Below, piece by piece: positions 62,721 to 64,000 of a DNA stretch of 64,000 bases (its first letter is position 1; the number at the start of each line of letters is the position of its first letter). Under the pieces are notes generated by a model. That model ran no database searches, was not told where the DNA came from, and saw only the letters and a program-made list of their open reading frames with translations. A program made the translations under genes and the position numbers. This DNA is from Podarcis melisellensis (lineage: Eukaryota): the NCBI GenBank assembly GCA_964234715.1, contig OZ174278.1; one strand, written 5' to 3'.

Positions 62721-63682
62721 AACTAACCTAGCCTAGCCTACATATTTGCATTAACTGCTATGCTCACTTTTTTGTTCTCCAGACCCACCCACCAATGACA
62801 AATAGCCCCAGAAAGTTGCCCATAAGGAAATGCAGCCCTTAGGGTATCAGATTGTCAAGTTTTTGAATCAGGGAGATACGTGTGAAAATATGTAGGCTGA
62901 AACTTAAACAGTAAATGTTGAAAGTCTTCTAGTTCTGATTATAAGGATCTGTCTTGTCCTCGTCACAAAATACAAAATGGCAATAACGTACAGTCAGATA
63001 AAGTGTTGATTTTCCTTAATGATAAATGAAATGAAAAAGATTTTAAATTGGGATGATGAATGTGGAAAGTCAGAAATCTTCTTGCTACAGCAGCCAAAGC
63101 CTCTTTTACGCTCCCATCTCATAAAAGTGTCGAGCATATTTAAAAGAGAAATATGCCAAAATTAAAATGGAGTAGAAAAAAGCCATTTTACATCCTTAAT
63201 GGCATAATGAAGTCTTTTTAATGTAATTTTCTTTACTCTTCTGATTACATATTCTAGAAGAGATTCTTAACTTCCCTTTTTATTAGGAGGACTGTTTGTA
63301 ATCATAATGGACTAAGAATTTTCATAAACATTTGATGAATATTAACCATTTAAAATTAAAAATATATATGTAGTTTATGCTCTCCCTAATGATTGCTGGG
63401 CATGGCAAAATTAATATCTAAACAGAAGCAAGATGTAAGTATATAAACTCCACTACGTAGCCAGAATAGAAGCCTGAAGGTTAAAATGTTGAGAGGTTCC
63501 CCATGCCAGAAGGCAGCAGTGAAGTCCTGTTATTGACATCCTATCCTTGAATCTTTGAGCTACCTATTCCTTAGCCCCAGGGGTGTTGTCAGCAGCAAAA
63601 ATCATCCTCATCATCTAGATGTTTTACCATGAGACTTCAGGGTGGACCACAGCAATCCAAAACTGTAACATTGACATCAATT

Positions 63683-64000
63683 TGTTGTTGTTTAGTCATT
63701 TAGTCGTGTCCGACTCTTCGTGACCCCATGGACCAGAGCACGCCAGGCACTCCTGTCCTCCACTGCCTCCCACAGTTTGGTCAAACTCATGCTGGTAGCT
63801 TCGAGAACACAGTCCAACCATCTCATCCTCTGCCGTCCCCTTCTCCTTGTGCCCTCCATCTTTCCCAACATCAGGGTCTTTTCTAGGGAGTCTTCTCTTC
63901 TCATGAGGTGGCCAAAGTATTGGAGCCTCAGCTTCACAATCTGTCCTTCCAATGAGCACTCAGGGCTGATTTCCTTCAGAATGGATAGGTTTGATCTTCT
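63683..64000 (-). mobile_element. BovB LINE 3' end (continues beyond the window)
   Basis: ORF 63692..63952 KLRLQYFGHLMRREDSLEKTLMLGK..GRQRMRWLD..WRALVHGVTKSRTRLND with (CAA)n tail. Confidence 0.93.

Overview
This is repeat-rich vertebrate non-coding DNA, very probably from a lacertid lizard (inferred from Sauria SINEs with (ACCTTT)n tails, BovB LINEs, L2/CR1 ends and a Penelope element). No known protein-coding gene could be recognised. It looks like intronic or 5'-regulatory territory with a chain of short candidate plus-strand exons (~26.1-26.3 kb, 28383-28422, 38724-38793, 40545-40667) of an unidentified transcript. Most ORFs in the track are spurious or transposon remnants. The main result is that three TSD-flanked solo LTRs within 4 kb (3471-3883, 5555-6155, 7074-7506) each carry a ~100-126-codon frame open from LTR nucleotide 2. 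Two of them encode homologous C-termini (24/47 identical residues, 12 of these with different synonymous codons), which suggests a protein under purifying selection encoded inside the LTR. Also present are a Penelope-borne minimal hammerhead ribozyme, an inverted pair of ~1 kb ERV-like solo LTRs around the candidate first exons, a hairpin micro-exon, repeated RFX X-box motifs and many nested insertions. All coordinates were counted by hand and no database search was run.
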